Below are positions 19,597 through 32,649 of a stretch of 64,000 nucleotides of DNA, piece by piece. The stretch's first letter is position 1, and the number at the start of each line of letters is the position of its first letter. A program made the translations under genes and the position numbers. Below the pieces are notes generated by a model. That model was not told the origin of the DNA. It ran no database searches and saw nothing but the letters and a program-made list of their open reading frames with translations. The stretch is from a virus, in the IMG/VR virus record IMGVR_UViG_3300044678_003030, positions 29,957-93,956 of that record; one strand, 5' to 3'.

Positions 19597-20277
19597 GCCG
19601 CGCATCGCGAGTTCGAGTACCGACACGCGACCCGTGCTTACAGCGAGCGAGATTTCTTGGAGCAGTGTGGCGATCGGCTTTGTTGACCACTTGAATTCGT
19701 TGATGACGCGAAAGCTGACGACCGCGACGTACCCGGGAGCTTCAGCTTCGTTGTCTTTTGCTTCTTGTGGCTCTGTGAGCGCGGGTAGCCCGATCTCATG
19801 CAGCTTCATGACTTCGCGGATCTGGTTGGCGCAGACGGCGACGTGTGAACGGACGATGTCTGCGATCGTAGCGGCTTCCCCGGGTTCTCTGCCGTAGCAC
19901 CTGACCGCGATGGTGAGGTAGTCGTGTGCGTAGAAGTCTTGGCGCCGATCGGGCAGTCGGACAGCGGCCCTGTTGCCGACAACAACTTGTTGAAGTTGCG
20001 CGCTTGGAACACTGACAACGACGCGAGGGAAGGTATTGCGCGCTTGCGGCTCGTTCGCGTAGACGCTCGTCACGTAGATCGGGTCGGGATTGTCGCTGGT
20101 CCCGTCTTGTGTCTCTTCTCGTGTGAATGATGGTGACCAGCGCCATGGCATACTCGGCTCGTCAAAGCGCGCCTGGATGACAGCAACGAACACCCCAACG
20201 AGACCCAGGAGGCTACCGGGCAGGACATCTTCTGCTCCGCCCTTGACCTTCGCACCCTTGTCGCCTTCGAGGTCCAT
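19585..20277 (-). CDS. Putative tail terminator/neck protein
   Basis: Between neck and sheath genes; FPRVVV motif. Confidence 0.45.
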   Translation of the reverse strand: MDLEGDKGAKVKGGAEDVLPGSLLGLVGVFVAVIQARFDEPSMPWRWSPSFTREETQDGTSDNPDPIYVTSVYANEPQARNTFPRVVVSVPSAQLQQVVVGNRAAVRLPDRRQDFYAHDYLTIAVRCYGREPGEAATIADIVRSHVAVCANQIREVMKLHEIGLPALTEPQEAKDNEAEAPGYVAVVSFRVINEFKWSTKPIATLLQEISLAVSTGRVSVLELAMRGFTR

Positions 20278-21098
20278 TAGAACAACGGTAGAACAGAGGA
20301 GGGATCTACCCGAAGGTGGTAGAGAGCGTGACCACGGTCCAGCTCTGCAACCGTGATTGTTTGGTGCGCAGGTTCGAGTCCGATACGCACTTCGTCGCGC
20401 TCCATCACACGATACCTCTGGTTGGTCTGGAGGAGCACAAGGACGTCATCCTTGTCGACCTGCGGGACATCTGTCGTCGTGAGCCTCATTGAGGAACCGT
20501 CTGACTTTGGCTTGCCGGTGGTGCGCTCGATCCCGCTGCCAGAGAACTTCACGAAGACTTTCACGGGGTTTAGAAAGCCGCCATCAAAGGTTGTTCCCCA
20601 ACAGACCTTGCAGCCTGAGCGCGTCGACACGCCAGTCTTCTTGTCGAAGCATTGCGGACACCTCAGGCCCCACACGCGAGCCTTGAGTAGGATCGCCTCA
20701 TGCCCGACGACTCTCTCCAGGCCGATGCGTGTGTCACGTGCCAACTTGCGGCGGATCCCGTTGCGCCGACCTTGCGCCGCAGGGCCAATTTCGAAGACGT
20801 CTACGAGCGTGGTCCCCTCGACCGAGACACGGTAGTAGACCGCCTGGAAGAAACGAGAGGTGTTGGGGAGGGGGTTCGCCTCACCGTCGTGGGCGCCGTC
20901 GCGAGGCAGCTCATCGAGGATGGCGTAACGGTTCTTCAGTCCTTCAGCGACGAGGTCCCACGGTCCATCAGGGCCGCCGCTGCGTTCCACCCGGAACGTG
21001 ACGTCCGTTTGATCGTTGTTCGCGACGTCTCGCAGTGTCCACTGGATGAAGTGGCCACGCGGAGGGTAGGTTCGGCTCAGGATGATCTTGACGCGCAC
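20277..21098 (-). CDS. Putative head-tail connector (neck) protein with Zn finger
   Basis: CPQC...CKVCWGTTFDGGF; directly downstream of capsid gene. Confidence 0.55.
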   Translation of the reverse strand: MRVKIILSRTYPPRGHFIQWTLRDVANNDQTDVTFRVERSGGPDGPWDLVAEGLKNRYAILDELPRDGAHDGEANPLPNTSRFFQAVYYRVSVEGTTLVDVFEIGPAAQGRRNGIRRKLARDTRIGLERVVGHEAILLKARVWGLRCPQCFDKKTGVSTRSGCKVCWGTTFDGGFLNPVKVFVKFSGSGIERTTGKPKSDGSSMRLTTTDVPQVDKDDVLVLLQTNQRYRVMERDEVRIGLEPAHQTITVAELDRGHALYHLRVDPSSVLPLF

Positions 21099-21104
21099 GC
21101 CGGT

Positions 21105-21117
21105 TTCACTCCGTGAA
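21105..21117. promoter_or_regulatory. TTCAC-N3-GTGAA site
   Basis: TTCACTCCGTGAA; intergenic. Confidence 0.85.
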
Positions 21118-21146
21118 GAGTGTAGGCGTGCGCGGCGAGGTCGGGA

Positions 21147-22058
21147 TCAGGCGAAGACGAGGTGCTGGACCGACTCGAAGTTCCCGATGCCGATGCCCGG
21201 CGCCGAGTACGAGTCGAAGGAGATGACGTCGCGCTTCTGCTCGATGAACATCGTCGCGTCCTGGAGCAGGTAGAAGCGGCCGAGGAACTCGTTCGGGGCG
21301 AGCACCCAGCACTCCTTCTTGTCGTAGACGTGCACCTTGGTGGTCACGACCGCAGGGACGCCGTAGAGGTGGTCCTCGCCGTCGATGCCCTCGCGGTAGT
21401 GCTTCGACGCGATGTCGTTGCCGAGCGCGGTCGCAGGGAGGTCCATCGCTTCACGGAAGAGTCGCTTGGTCAGCAGGAGCTTGCCGATCGGGCGGCGGCG
21501 GTCGTCCATCGCCTGGAACGAGCGCTTGAACGCGTTCGAGGTGAACGACGACGCGCCGGTGCGCTGGATGGTCGAGTTCCGGTTCACGATCGAGAGGAGC
21601 GTGCGCCGGAAGTAGTGGTCCTCCTGGTCGCCCATCTTCTTGACCGAGTTGTCGGCGATGACCTTGCGGATATCCATCCGGTAGGTCATGAGCTCCCACT
21701 TCGTCTTCTTGTACGTCGGCGTGGTGATCTTGCCGAAGTAGATCTCGTAGCGGTCGCCCTTGATCCAGTGGGCCTCGGGGGTGCCGGTGAGCTCGACCCA
21801 CGTCGCGTAGGTCTCGTCGTCGCCCGGCTCCTTCTCCACGATCTTCATCGGGCGGTCGGTCGTGGAGACGCGGTCGATCTCGTCGTCCGCGAGACCGATC
21901 GGCTCCATGACCTCACGGACCGCCGCCTCCTGGAGGATCAGGTTGCGGATGAAGGAGTTCGAGGCGTCCTCGGCCTCCTTCGTCTGGCCGCTGTCCAGCA
22001 TGGAAAGGAAGCGCGAGTTGTAGACGCGCGTCTGCACCTGAGTCGTTTCCGTCTTCAT
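21147..22058 (-). CDS. Major capsid protein (HK97-like fold inferred)
   Basis: 303 aa, very strong codon bias, downstream of protease/scaffold genes; HLYGVPAVVT motif. Confidence 0.7.
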   Translation of the reverse strand: MKTETTQVQTRVYNSRFLSMLDSGQTKEAEDASNSFIRNLILQEAAVREVMEPIGLADDEIDRVSTTDRPMKIVEKEPGDDETYATWVELTGTPEAHWIKGDRYEIYFGKITTPTYKKTKWELMTYRMDIRKVIADNSVKKMGDQEDHYFRRTLLSIVNRNSTIQRTGASSFTSNAFKRSFQAMDDRRRPIGKLLLTKRLFREAMDLPATALGNDIASKHYREGIDGEDHLYGVPAVVTTKVHVYDKKECWVLAPNEFLGRFYLLQDATMFIEQKRDVISFDSYSAPGIGIGNFESVQHLVFA

Positions 22059-22112
22059 CGTCCTGTCACTCCAAGAAAGCGTGGGGCTCTTTGTTGCTCG
22101 TTGTCGTTCGTG

Positions 22113-22625
22113 TCAGGTCGACTGCGGCATGATCACGTCGAGCGCGCCGTTCGCACGGAGCGCGCGAGGCCCCACGTACGCGATGTGCTTGATGTTGTCG
22201 TTGGCCAGCAGCTTCGGCGCGAGGTTGCCATCGACCGAGGGCGACGGCACGAGGGGCTGCCCTGCCGCGTACGAGGCCGCGTCGATCTTCGTGGTCTCGA
22301 ATCGCCCGCCGAGGAAGGCGAAGACGGAGCCGTCGAAGGAGAAGTCGTTGTTGCCGGAGAACACGCAGAAGTAGAGCTTCGGCATGTCGGTCCCGATGAC
22401 GCAGTCGGTCGCCTTGACCCAGTTGCCCTCGGCGTTCATCTCGATGATGAGTCCGCCCTCCCAGTCACCCTGGACCGGAGTTCCGTTGTCGCCGGGGACG
22501 CCGACGCCGTCACCAGCCGCGATGGCCTCGGCGACGTTCTGGGGCTGAACGTTCAGCCAGATGGCGCACATCGCGCCGGTCTGCGGCTCGTTGGTCTTGA
22601 GGTTGAACTTGGACGAGAACTTCAT
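22113..22625 (-). CDS. Putative capsid decoration/cement protein
   Basis: 170 aa, strong codon bias, immediately upstream of capsid gene; YAAGQPLV motif. Confidence 0.5.
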   Translation of the reverse strand: MKFSSKFNLKTNEPQTGAMCAIWLNVQPQNVAEAIAAGDGVGVPGDNGTPVQGDWEGGLIIEMNAEGNWVKATDCVIGTDMPKLYFCVFSGNNDFSFDGSVFAFLGGRFETTKIDAASYAAGQPLVPSPSVDGNLAPKLLANDNIKHIAYVGPRALRANGALDVIMPQST

Positions 22626-22661
22626 TGGTGTCTTTCCTTGCCAGAAATACTAGGACGTGGT

Positions 22662-23075
22662 TCAGCGCCGGCTGTTGATGAGGTCTTCACCGAAGTTGTC
22701 GAACGCCTGCTTGTAGCGCTCCGCGCGCGTGCCCTGCGGGGCCTCACGCCGAGCCGACGGGTCAGAGCGTTCACTCGGTGAACCGAGGTCGTTCACGCGA
22801 AGGGAAGCCGCAGCGAGCTTCTCGACGGCGGCGCGCGCAGCGGGGTTCTCGGCCACTTCGTCAGGGAGGTCTTCACCCGTGGCGCGGCGGTAGGCGCTGC
22901 CGAAGGACTCGTCTTCTGCCTTCTTCACAGGCATCGCCTGTGGCTGCGCAGCTTGAACCGCTTTGGGAGCGGGAACTTCCTTCGCCTTCTTCGGCAGTTC
23001 CTTCATCGCCTTGGCCGTCATGACATCGGTCAGGGCTTCCAGGGCGCTTGCGATCTTTTCGTGGAGGTCGTTCAT
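22662..23075 (-). CDS. Scaffold-like/internal head protein
   Basis: Helical Ala/Lys/Glu-rich; EKIA, VKKA, EKLA. Confidence 0.6.
   Translation of the reverse strand: MNDLHEKIASALEALTDVMTAKAMKELPKKAKEVPAPKAVQAAQPQAMPVKKAEDESFGSAYRRATGEDLPDEVAENPAARAAVEKLAAASLRVNDLGSPSERSDPSARREAPQGTRAERYKQAFDNFGEDLINSRR
22770..22782. promoter_or_regulatory. TTCAC-N3-GTGAA site
   Basis: TTCACTCGGTGAA. Confidence 0.85.
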
Positions 23076-23434
23076 CGGGGCACTCGCTTCAAAAGGCTAA
23101 GCGCCCCGAGGGCGCGTACAGCGGCAGCACGCTTCTCGCGCAAGTCGAAGGCCCGATCGATGCCGGCGACGCGCACGGAGTCGGCGAGAGCACGGACCTT
23201 GCCGACAGCAGACCCGTCACAGGACGCGATCTTCTCGACGAGCTCTGCGCGACGAGCGGAGAGCGCGGCGTAGTCAGCCGTTTTCACCGCGTGAACGTCA
23301 GCGATCGTGAACGGTAGGTCCCCCGCTACACGCACTGCCTGTGAGAGCGCGCCCAAGGCCCGAGCGTACGGGTCGTCGTGTGCGCGCTTCTCCGCTCCAT
23401 CGAGGTCACGAAGCGTGTCAGCCAATGTACCCAT
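23072..23434 (-). CDS. Internal head protein candidate
   Basis: Start MGTLAD; EKRA x2, VKTA, EKIA. Confidence 0.55.
   Translation of the reverse strand: MGTLADTLRDLDGAEKRAHDDPYARALGALSQAVRVAGDLPFTIADVHAVKTADYAALSARRAELVEKIASCDGSAVGKVRALADSVRVAGIDRAFDLREKRAAAVRALGALSLLKRVPR
23283..23295. promoter_or_regulatory. TTCAC-N3-GTGAA site
   Basis: TTCACCGCGTGAA. Confidence 0.85.
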
Positions 23435-23780
23435 TCGGTACCCCCATCGACTGCGGTTGATCGTCCTTGGTGAGGTGGTGATAGAGCGCATACGCCACAG
23501 GACCCACCACGGCCCCTGTGTACCCGCGTGTCCCACCTTCAGGCGTACTCATGGAGTTCCCGACGATACCGCCCATCGCCCCGGCCAGGATCGACTCCAT
23601 GTCCTTCCCTTGAGGGGCGATGACTGAGCCGATACCGGCGCCCGCCAGCGCGGGGCCGTGGATCTTGAGCTGCTGACCGAACGCCTCCGGGGAGAACGCG
23701 GCTGACTTGCTCAGCTCGTCGAAGGCAGCTCCCTTCAGCCCGGCGTGAAGCCGGACCAGCTCGGCGTCCGTGTGGCGCAT
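23418..23780 (-). CDS. Gly-zipper membrane-type protein
   Basis: Start MRHTD; SKSAA followed by GAGIGS..GAMGGIVG..GAVVG. Confidence 0.55.
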   Translation of the reverse strand: MRHTDAELVRLHAGLKGAAFDELSKSAAFSPEAFGQQLKIHGPALAGAGIGSVIAPQGKDMESILAGAMGGIVGNSMSTPEGGTRGYTGAVVGPVAYALYHHLTKDDQPQSMGVPNGYIG

Positions 23781-24340
23781 CAGCGGCCGATCGCCTGCTT
23801 GAGCGATTCGTAGCCGTTGAGGTAGTGCCCGGCGCCGAGCTCCTGGTACTGGCGCAGCTCGTTGTTCGCAGCCGTCTTGTCCTGCCCGCTCGCGGCGCGC
23901 TGCTCGTTGTAGCCACGCTCGACCTCGCGCAGGAAGCCCGCAGGGTCGGCCTGCGCCAGCTTGGCGAGCTCGATCGTACGGGGGTCGATGCCAGCGGCGG
24001 CTTCCTTCGCCATCTTCTCGGCGGCTTCGCCCGCCGACGTGAAGGTCGCCAGGGCCTGCTCCGCGAACGCAGCCCCGGCGAGCTTGCCTCGGCGGAACGC
24101 GCGCTCGTCGTTGGCCGCCTCGATCGCCTGGGCCTCCTTGGTCAGCACGTCGCTGACGGTGGTCGCGCTCGCCTCCTTGACGGACCCGAGCCCCGACACG
24201 ACTTCGCGCATCGACTGGTCGAGCGTCGAGGCTGCCGGAGCGGAGGGCGCAGGCGAGGCGGTACCGGGCTGCCCGGCCGTCTTCGCCTCGGCGGTCTTCG
24301 TGGTCTGGTTCAGGTTTCCGATCAGGCTCTTGATCTGCAT
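23780..24340 (-). CDS. Scaffold-like/internal head protein
   Basis: GAGG RBS, strong codon bias, about 10 K-x-A motifs in 186 aa. Confidence 0.65.
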   Translation of the reverse strand: MQIKSLIGNLNQTTKTAEAKTAGQPGTASPAPSAPAASTLDQSMREVVSGLGSVKEASATTVSDVLTKEAQAIEAANDERAFRRGKLAGAAFAEQALATFTSAGEAAEKMAKEAAAGIDPRTIELAKLAQADPAGFLREVERGYNEQRAASGQDKTAANNELRQYQELGAGHYLNGYESLKQAIGR

Positions 24341-24357
24341 TACGTTCCTCTTGGAGG

Positions 24358-26226
24358 TCAGGACAGGAGTAGCGCACCAAGCGCGCCGCTGAAGTCGTCG
24401 AGCGATAGGGTAGGCGGTTCGGTCGAGTCTTCTGCCTGCTTCTCCCAGCGCTCGAAGTGATCATCGGCGAGATCTGAGATGCGGGTGCGGCGTCGCATCT
24501 CTGCGGCCATGTTCCCGCTGTGGCATTGCGCCGGCAGCCGCTCGGCGTAGTCCGAGGCAAACTTGGCCAGGACGGAGGCCAGCTTGAACTCGGTTCCCCC
24601 GGAGACGCGGACGCCTTGGTCGGTCAGGTACGCCGGGTTCCGGTACGGGCGAGCGGCGCGTAGAACGTGAGGGGCGGTCACTGCGCCAAGTCCGATTCCA
24701 CCGAGCGTAGAAGCCACGGGGTTCACGCCGCCGAGCCCGTAGAGCCCGAGCCCGTAGAGGGCTGACAACCCGACCGTCGTACCTACGAGACCCTTCATGT
24801 CTTCGTGGTTGGCGCGCATGGCGGCGCCACGGGTCGTCGTGTAGCGGTGCCCCGTATTCGGGTCCGTCATCGATAGGAGATCGGTCCTCGGCGGTTCTTG
24901 CGCAGAGGTCAGATAGCCGGGTCCGAGAGGAGGGTCGACCGTCTGGTTCACGCGCTGCTTGAGCCAGTCGTCCATCGAGGCGAGCTTGGCTTCGACCTCT
25001 GCGGACGGGCGCCTCGGGTCGATGGTCACATAGGCCCCGAGCTCTTCGGCGAGCTTCGGGTATCGCCCCATGATCGAGAGCACGGACGGCTGGAGCGTGA
25101 CCATCCTGTCGAGCAAACGAGCAGAAGGGATCACGCCTGCGGTCTTGCGCAGGAAGACGCGCGCGAACTCGCTCGCCGTGAGAGACGCGTTCTTGGACGC
25201 GAGCGTCGAGAGCAGGGCGTCGAACGGCAAGCCAGCGAGGTCAGCGACTTGCGCCTCAGTCGCGCTAACCGGAGCCTTGAGGGGCACGGTCTGCCGGTAC
25301 TGGCGGATCGCCTGGATGTCGGGCGCTGTACGGACAGCCTCGATGTCTCCCGCGATCTCCTTCTGGATGTCGGAGACCTTGTTTACGGCCGCTCGCTTGG
25401 CTTCGTAGTCGGCAACCTTTTCACCGAGTGAAGCTCCTGTACGGATCACGTACGCATCCTCGGCGACCTTCTTGAGCATGAACCCTGTGCGGTCTGCCGG
25501 GCGCCACACGAAGGAGATGTCGAAGAAGCTCGGTGATGGGTTGAGCGCGCAGTTCCTGATCCCCGTCGCCGGATCGATCTGGCGCATCGCCGAGCGGAGG
25601 TGCTCGCAGTAGTCCTTGCGGGTCGGGGCTCGGTGTCCGCACTTGGCGCACACGTCCCAACGGACGTTGCAGCCCATCGACACAGCCGGGAATTCACCTG
25701 CGTTGATCTTGCCGACGAGCTCAGGGTCGAGGCGATTCCTGATCTCCAGCAGGAGCTCGCTCCGGTGCATGGAGCTGTTCCAGAACGCCTTCTCGATTCG
25801 ACCGAGCGACTTGCGGGGGTCCTTGTTGACGTGGTGCTTGTAGATCCCGCCACGTGTCTCGAAGGTCTTGTAGTGCTGGGTGACAACTTCGTCCGGGGAG
25901 ATCCAACCTTCGAGGTTGCGCGGTTGACACCCTGGATGGCCACAGGTTGCCCGCTCTCCCACGCGGTAGGTGCGCTCCGGGAAGGCGTCGCCGTTGCGGT
26001 TGTCATCGTAGTACTCGTAGGCGCCGAACGCGTTGACGAGGACGATCGTGCATCCTTCGCGAGGGGTGACCGTCTTGATGTAGTCGAACGCCTCAGACGC
26101 GGTCTTTTCGGACGAACCCGGACGTTCGGTGTACCAACGGCCCTTCTCAGAACGAGCGATGACGCGCAGCGTCGGTTCGCCGGTCTTGGGGAAGTAGTCG
26201 TCGAGCTCGATGATTTTGGTGAACAT
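24358..26226 (-). CDS. Prohead maturation protease with Zn-finger insertion and C-terminal extensions
   Basis: NRNGDAFP, YKHH, VSMG (putative catalytic Ser), CAKC..YCEH, FFDISFVWRPAD, consistent with HK97/assemblin-type phage proteases; upstream of capsid genes. Confidence 0.75.
   Translation of the reverse strand: MFTKIIELDDYFPKTGEPTLRVIARSEKGRWYTERPGSSEKTASEAFDYIKTVTPREGCTIVLVNAFGAYEYYDDNRNGDAFPERTYRVGERATCGHPGCQPRNLEGWISPDEVVTQHYKTFETRGGIYKHHVNKDPRKSLGRIEKAFWNSSMHRSELLLEIRNRLDPELVGKINAGEFPAVSMGCNVRWDVCAKCGHRAPTRKDYCEHLRSAMRQIDPATGIRNCALNPSPSFFDISFVWRPADRTGFMLKKVAEDAYVIRTGASLGEKVADYEAKRAAVNKVSDIQKEIAGDIEAVRTAPDIQAIRQYRQTVPLKAPVSATEAQVADLAGLPFDALLSTLASKNASLTASEFARVFLRKTAGVIPSARLLDRMVTLQPSVLSIMGRYPKLAEELGAYVTIDPRRPSAEVEAKLASMDDWLKQRVNQTVDPPLGPGYLTSAQEPPRTDLLSMTDPNTGHRYTTTRGAAMRANHEDMKGLVGTTVGLSALYGLGLYGLGGVNPVASTLGGIGLGAVTAPHVLRAARPYRNPAYLTDQGVRVSGGTEFKLASVLAKFASDYAERLPAQCHSGNMAAEMRRRTRISDLADDHFERWEKQAEDSTEPPTLSLDDFSGALGALLLS
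25420..25432. promoter_or_regulatory. TTCAC-N3-GTGAA site
   Basis: TTCACCGAGTGAA. Confidence 0.85.
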
Positions 26227-27650
26227 CAGAAGACCGGCGCCGAGTACGCCTTGACGCGGTCAGAGAGCTGGTCGACGTCTTGCGCAGTGAGCTGCCCCTT
26301 GCCCCATCCGAGCATGTCGAGCGGTAGGTCCTTGTTCCCGGCGTTGAAGTGGTCCATCAGGCGTTGACGGTTGCCAGGGTCGCTGAAGATCTTGCTTGCG
26401 GGGGACAAGCTGCCAAGGTCTTCAGCCGCCCGGCTGAGCAGGTCGTACTGCCGCTGTGCCTGCCGTGTCTTGGACAGGGCCTGAGCCGCCTCCAGCGTCC
26501 GCTGGTCCATGAGCTCCTTGACGACTTGCCCACCGACCGCGCCGAGGGGCATACCCAGGAGCCCACCCATCGCAGCGCCGCGCAGCCGGTTGTCCTTGTC
26601 GTCCCACGCGCCGATGCCCGCGCCTCCGACCGCACCGATTCCCGCTCCGATGACACGGGGGTCGGTGTAGAAAGAGGCGGGGATGCCTGCGGTCTTCGGC
26701 TGAGCTTGTGCCGTCTTGAGCGGCCACATCTCGCGAAAGCTCTCCAGGTCTTCATCAGAGACCCGATCTCGGGGGTCACGGAGTGACGCCGCGAGGCGGC
26801 GATAACGTTCTGCGTCTCCCCCTTCCAGGCCGCCGAAGTAGCTGTCTTGGATATCGGGATGCCGCAACATCACGGTTTCGGGGTCGATCGTTTCATGGAG
26901 CGTTGCCCCTGGAAGATGTGCTTGAAGCTGCGCGAGGTCGAACGGAACGGGGGGCGCGGGCGGCGGCGCGGGCGGCGCCTTCTTGCCCCTGAACCAGTCG
27001 AGCATCCCTGCGGTCTTCTCCGCCTCGCGGGTGAGGTAGCAGAGGTCGTCGATCGCTGCCTCGGCCGAGAGCGTGGCGAGCTTCTCGGCCTCTTGCTCGG
27101 TGACCTCTCCCTTCGCGCGCAGATCGGCGATCTTGGCGTCGACGAGGTAGTTGCTCGCGAAGCTGCGCGCAGCCTCTTCTCGCTCTTCACGGGACGAAGC
27201 GGTCTTGGTGCCGGTGCGCTCGGTCTCGCTCCAAACACGCAGCGCTTCACCAGCAAGCCATTGCACGGGGTCGTTTGTACGCGCTGCGGCGATCTTCATC
27301 CGCTCCCACAGGCCCCGCTGCTCAGCGGCGACGGTCGTGCGGTAGCCCACTGAGGCGGTCTTCTCCTGTGCGCCCAGAAGAACTTTCACGGCGTGAAAGT
27401 CTGGCGTGAAGCTCTCGGCTTCCGCGAGCTTCGAGTCACCGCACAGTGACCGCATGTCGTCGAACCCGGCTGCGAGCGCAGCCTCCTTGGTGATGTCTCC
27501 ACTGATTGTCTCGCCGAGGTAGCGAGCCACGCTCGGGAGGTCCCATGAGTCCGGGGCGTTGACGTCTCCCGTGTGACGAAGGTACTCCGTCGCGAACTTG
27601 GGGAAGCCGAAGACACGAATGGCCTCTCCGGCCTTGCGGTAGGGGTGCAT
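26226..27650 (-). CDS. K-x-A-rich internal head protein with Gly-zipper module
   Basis: More than 10 K-x-A motifs; GAGIGAVGGAGIG..NRLRGAAMGG. Confidence 0.65.
   Translation of the reverse strand: MHPYRKAGEAIRVFGFPKFATEYLRHTGDVNAPDSWDLPSVARYLGETISGDITKEAALAAGFDDMRSLCGDSKLAEAESFTPDFHAVKVLLGAQEKTASVGYRTTVAAEQRGLWERMKIAAARTNDPVQWLAGEALRVWSETERTGTKTASSREEREEAARSFASNYLVDAKIADLRAKGEVTEQEAEKLATLSAEAAIDDLCYLTREAEKTAGMLDWFRGKKAPPAPPPAPPVPFDLAQLQAHLPGATLHETIDPETVMLRHPDIQDSYFGGLEGGDAERYRRLAASLRDPRDRVSDEDLESFREMWPLKTAQAQPKTAGIPASFYTDPRVIGAGIGAVGGAGIGAWDDKDNRLRGAAMGGLLGMPLGAVGGQVVKELMDQRTLEAAQALSKTRQAQRQYDLLSRAAEDLGSLSPASKIFSDPGNRQRLMDHFNAGNKDLPLDMLGWGKGQLTAQDVDQLSDRVKAYSAPVF
27385..27397. promoter_or_regulatory. 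TTCAC-N3-GTGAA site
   Basis: TTCACGGCGTGAA. Confidence 0.85.
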
Positions 27651-28291
27651 TACTGGCCTCCGATTTCGCCGCGCCCTTGGCGCACAGTCTTCTCGATGTC
27701 GGCGAGGGACTTGGCGGTTGCGAAGTCGAGCTGGCCGCCGATCGTGGCTCCCTGGTTGAGGAAGTTCTGAGTGACCAGCGGGTCCATCGCGAGCGAGGGG
27801 GCGTAGGTCTTGAACGACCCGTACAGGCGCCGAATCATCTCAGGGTTCTCTCGGTGGATTCTGGCGAGCTCAGGGTCCATACCCAGGACCTCGTCAAACA
27901 CCTTGCGCTGCTTGGGCTCGGTGTAGAGCTTCTTCTTGAGCACCGACTGAAGAGCGTTGAACGGGCGCTTGATGCCGATGTCGGCGACCGCATTGGCGAG
28001 CGCGCCTGTTGCGACGTCCTGGAACTTCGGAGCAGCGGCAGCAAACGTGAGAGGAGAACCCTCGCTCACGTCCGCCAGCTTGCGGGTTGCAAACGCCTCG
28101 TGGCTCTGCTTGACGGTCAACTTGGGCAGCGCCGCTGTCATGTCGTGTCGCCTTGCGTTTGAGAGATCGAGCATTCGAGCCTCTTGCTCATCTTGCACCT
28201 TGCCGCTGCGCACGACCGCCGCAGCGGCTGTCGCAGCCAGCGCTGCGGGCACGAGTCGGTTGGTGGTCGTTGCCATCAGGACCTGCACCAC
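27650..28291 (-). CDS. Hypothetical head-module protein
   Basis: Abutting ORF; start 28291 or 28276. Confidence 0.6.
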   Translation of the reverse strand: MVQVLMATTTNRLVPAALAATAAAAVVRSGKVQDEQEARMLDLSNARRHDMTAALPKLTVKQSHEAFATRKLADVSEGSPLTFAAAAPKFQDVATGALANAVADIGIKRPFNALQSVLKKKLYTEPKQRKVFDEVLGMDPELARIHRENPEMIRRLYGSFKTYAPSLAMDPLVTQNFLNQGATIGGQLDFATAKSLADIEKTVRQGRGEIGGQ

Positions 28292-29127
28292 ACATCGAAC
28301 TCTTGCTTGAGCTTGTCACGCTCGGCGCAGAGCGACTCGTAGTGGCTTCGACCCTCTTCGTGCTCGACACGCGCCTTGGTCGCGACCTTGAGCAGAGAGG
28401 TCATCGTATTCGGCTTGCCGTCGGGGATTCGCTCGATGAGCGCTGCGACTTTTTCCTGCGGCAGATCAATCGCGCTGTGGCACGCCCGAGTGAGGGCGAC
28501 GTTGAGGTCAGGGAGGGAGTCCCCGCCGAGCACCGCGAGCGCGTTCTTGCAGAAGCCGTCGAGGTCGCGGTTCAACGGCCTGAGGTGGAAGGAGACGCGG
28601 TCGACAGCATCGGTCCAGCGCTGTTCGAGCGAGCCGAGCTTGATCTTGAGCTCGTGAGCAGCCTTCTCGGCCTTGTGGTAGCGGATGTCGAGCGGGATCT
28701 CTGCGGGGATGTAGCGAGCGGCGCGACGCGCGTCCTCTTCGTAGGACGCGGTCTTGATCGACGCCGACACGACCACATCTTCACGCAGCCGCGCCATCTC
28801 GTCTGGCAGGTCTGGATAGGAGTGGGAGTCCGACGCGGTCTTGGTCGCGGCGTCGTCGAAGAGCCGCCCGATGACGACCACTTCATCGGCGACAGGGAAC
28901 GCAACGTTCTTGTCGCCGCCTTGAATCGACGCGAACTTCGACTCGAAGGTGTGCACGTTCACGGCCCGGCAGAGCCGGCGAACTTGCTCCTCGTTGAGGC
29001 TTTCGTCACGAGCGGTCTTGGTGACCAGCTCATTGAGGTCTGCGCCGTTCTGCCCTTGCCCGGCTTCGTAGGCCGAAGCGAGCTCGGCAGCCTTCGCATC
29101 GAACAGCGAGTTCGTCCACGTTGCCAT
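28276..29127 (-). CDS. Hypothetical head-module protein
   Basis: TKTA x2, IKTA, EKVA, LKVA; abutting genes. Confidence 0.65.
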   Translation of the reverse strand: MATWTNSLFDAKAAELASAYEAGQGQNGADLNELVTKTARDESLNEEQVRRLCRAVNVHTFESKFASIQGGDKNVAFPVADEVVVIGRLFDDAATKTASDSHSYPDLPDEMARLREDVVVSASIKTASYEEDARRAARYIPAEIPLDIRYHKAEKAAHELKIKLGSLEQRWTDAVDRVSFHLRPLNRDLDGFCKNALAVLGGDSLPDLNVALTRACHSAIDLPQEKVAALIERIPDGKPNTMTSLLKVATKARVEHEEGRSHYESLCAERDKLKQEFDVWCRS

Positions 29128-29138
29128 ACGAGCAAAGC

Positions 29139-29843
29139 CTAGTCCTTGAGACCGGCGATCTCGTTGATGTTGACGCTGGCCTGCTCGGGCGTCTTTGTCT
29201 CGTCGACGAGGTGCAAGGCCAGTTTGATCGCGTGCGCAGCGTTGTCGCCATGGCTCGCGCTCTTCTCGTTCACGAGGGCGGCGGCGCGCAATAGCTCGGG
29301 GGCGAGCCGCAATGCGGCTTGTGCCTTGGTGGTTTCAATGTCCAGCCCTCGGTTGTCGAGGAAGCGGACGTAGAGGTCACCGAGGACAGCGCGCATGACC
29401 TCTTTGGGGTCAACAGGCTTGCGGTCGCCCACGCGAAACTTGTCCGCGAGGAATGTGGGTCCTTGTTGCGTAGCGCTGAGGTAGTACTGCCTCTGGTCAT
29501 CAGTGCAGTTGACTGATCGTGCGTACGCGTAGACGTCGAGCGCGTGCCGGAACACGGAGACGTCAAAGAAGAGGTGCCGATAAACATCCGTCACGACTTC
29601 CGGTAGGTCCAGGGCGTCACGCAGGACCGCGTTGCTCGCCTTGCCCAGGAGCAGCGCATCGACGATGTGCCGGTACTCTGGCGATACGTAGATGAGGTAG
29701 GCGTCCTCGATGTGAGCGATCAGCGACGTGTCGCCGGCCGTTTTCACGAGGTGAAAAAGGGCGCTTTCCCTGGGATCGGTGCTCTCACATACGGGTGAGG
29801 AGAGCACCGATTGGGCGCGATGATCAGGCGATCGCCGGGGCAT
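29139..29843 (-). CDS. Hypothetical protein
   Basis: 234-aa ORF in operon. Confidence 0.6.
   Translation of the reverse strand: MPRRSPDHRAQSVLSSPVCESTDPRESALFHLVKTAGDTSLIAHIEDAYLIYVSPEYRHIVDALLLGKASNAVLRDALDLPEVVTDVYRHLFFDVSVFRHALDVYAYARSVNCTDDQRQYYLSATQQGPTFLADKFRVGDRKPVDPKEVMRAVLGDLYVRFLDNRGLDIETTKAQAALRLAPELLRAAALVNEKSASHGDNAAHAIKLALHLVDETKTPEQASVNINEIAGLKD
29743..29755. promoter_or_regulatory. TTCAC-N3-GTGAA site
   Basis: TTCACGAGGTGAA. Confidence 0.85.
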
Positions 29844-29847
29844 CGGC

Positions 29848-32644
<2,797 letters not shown>

Positions 32645-32649
<5 letters not shown>
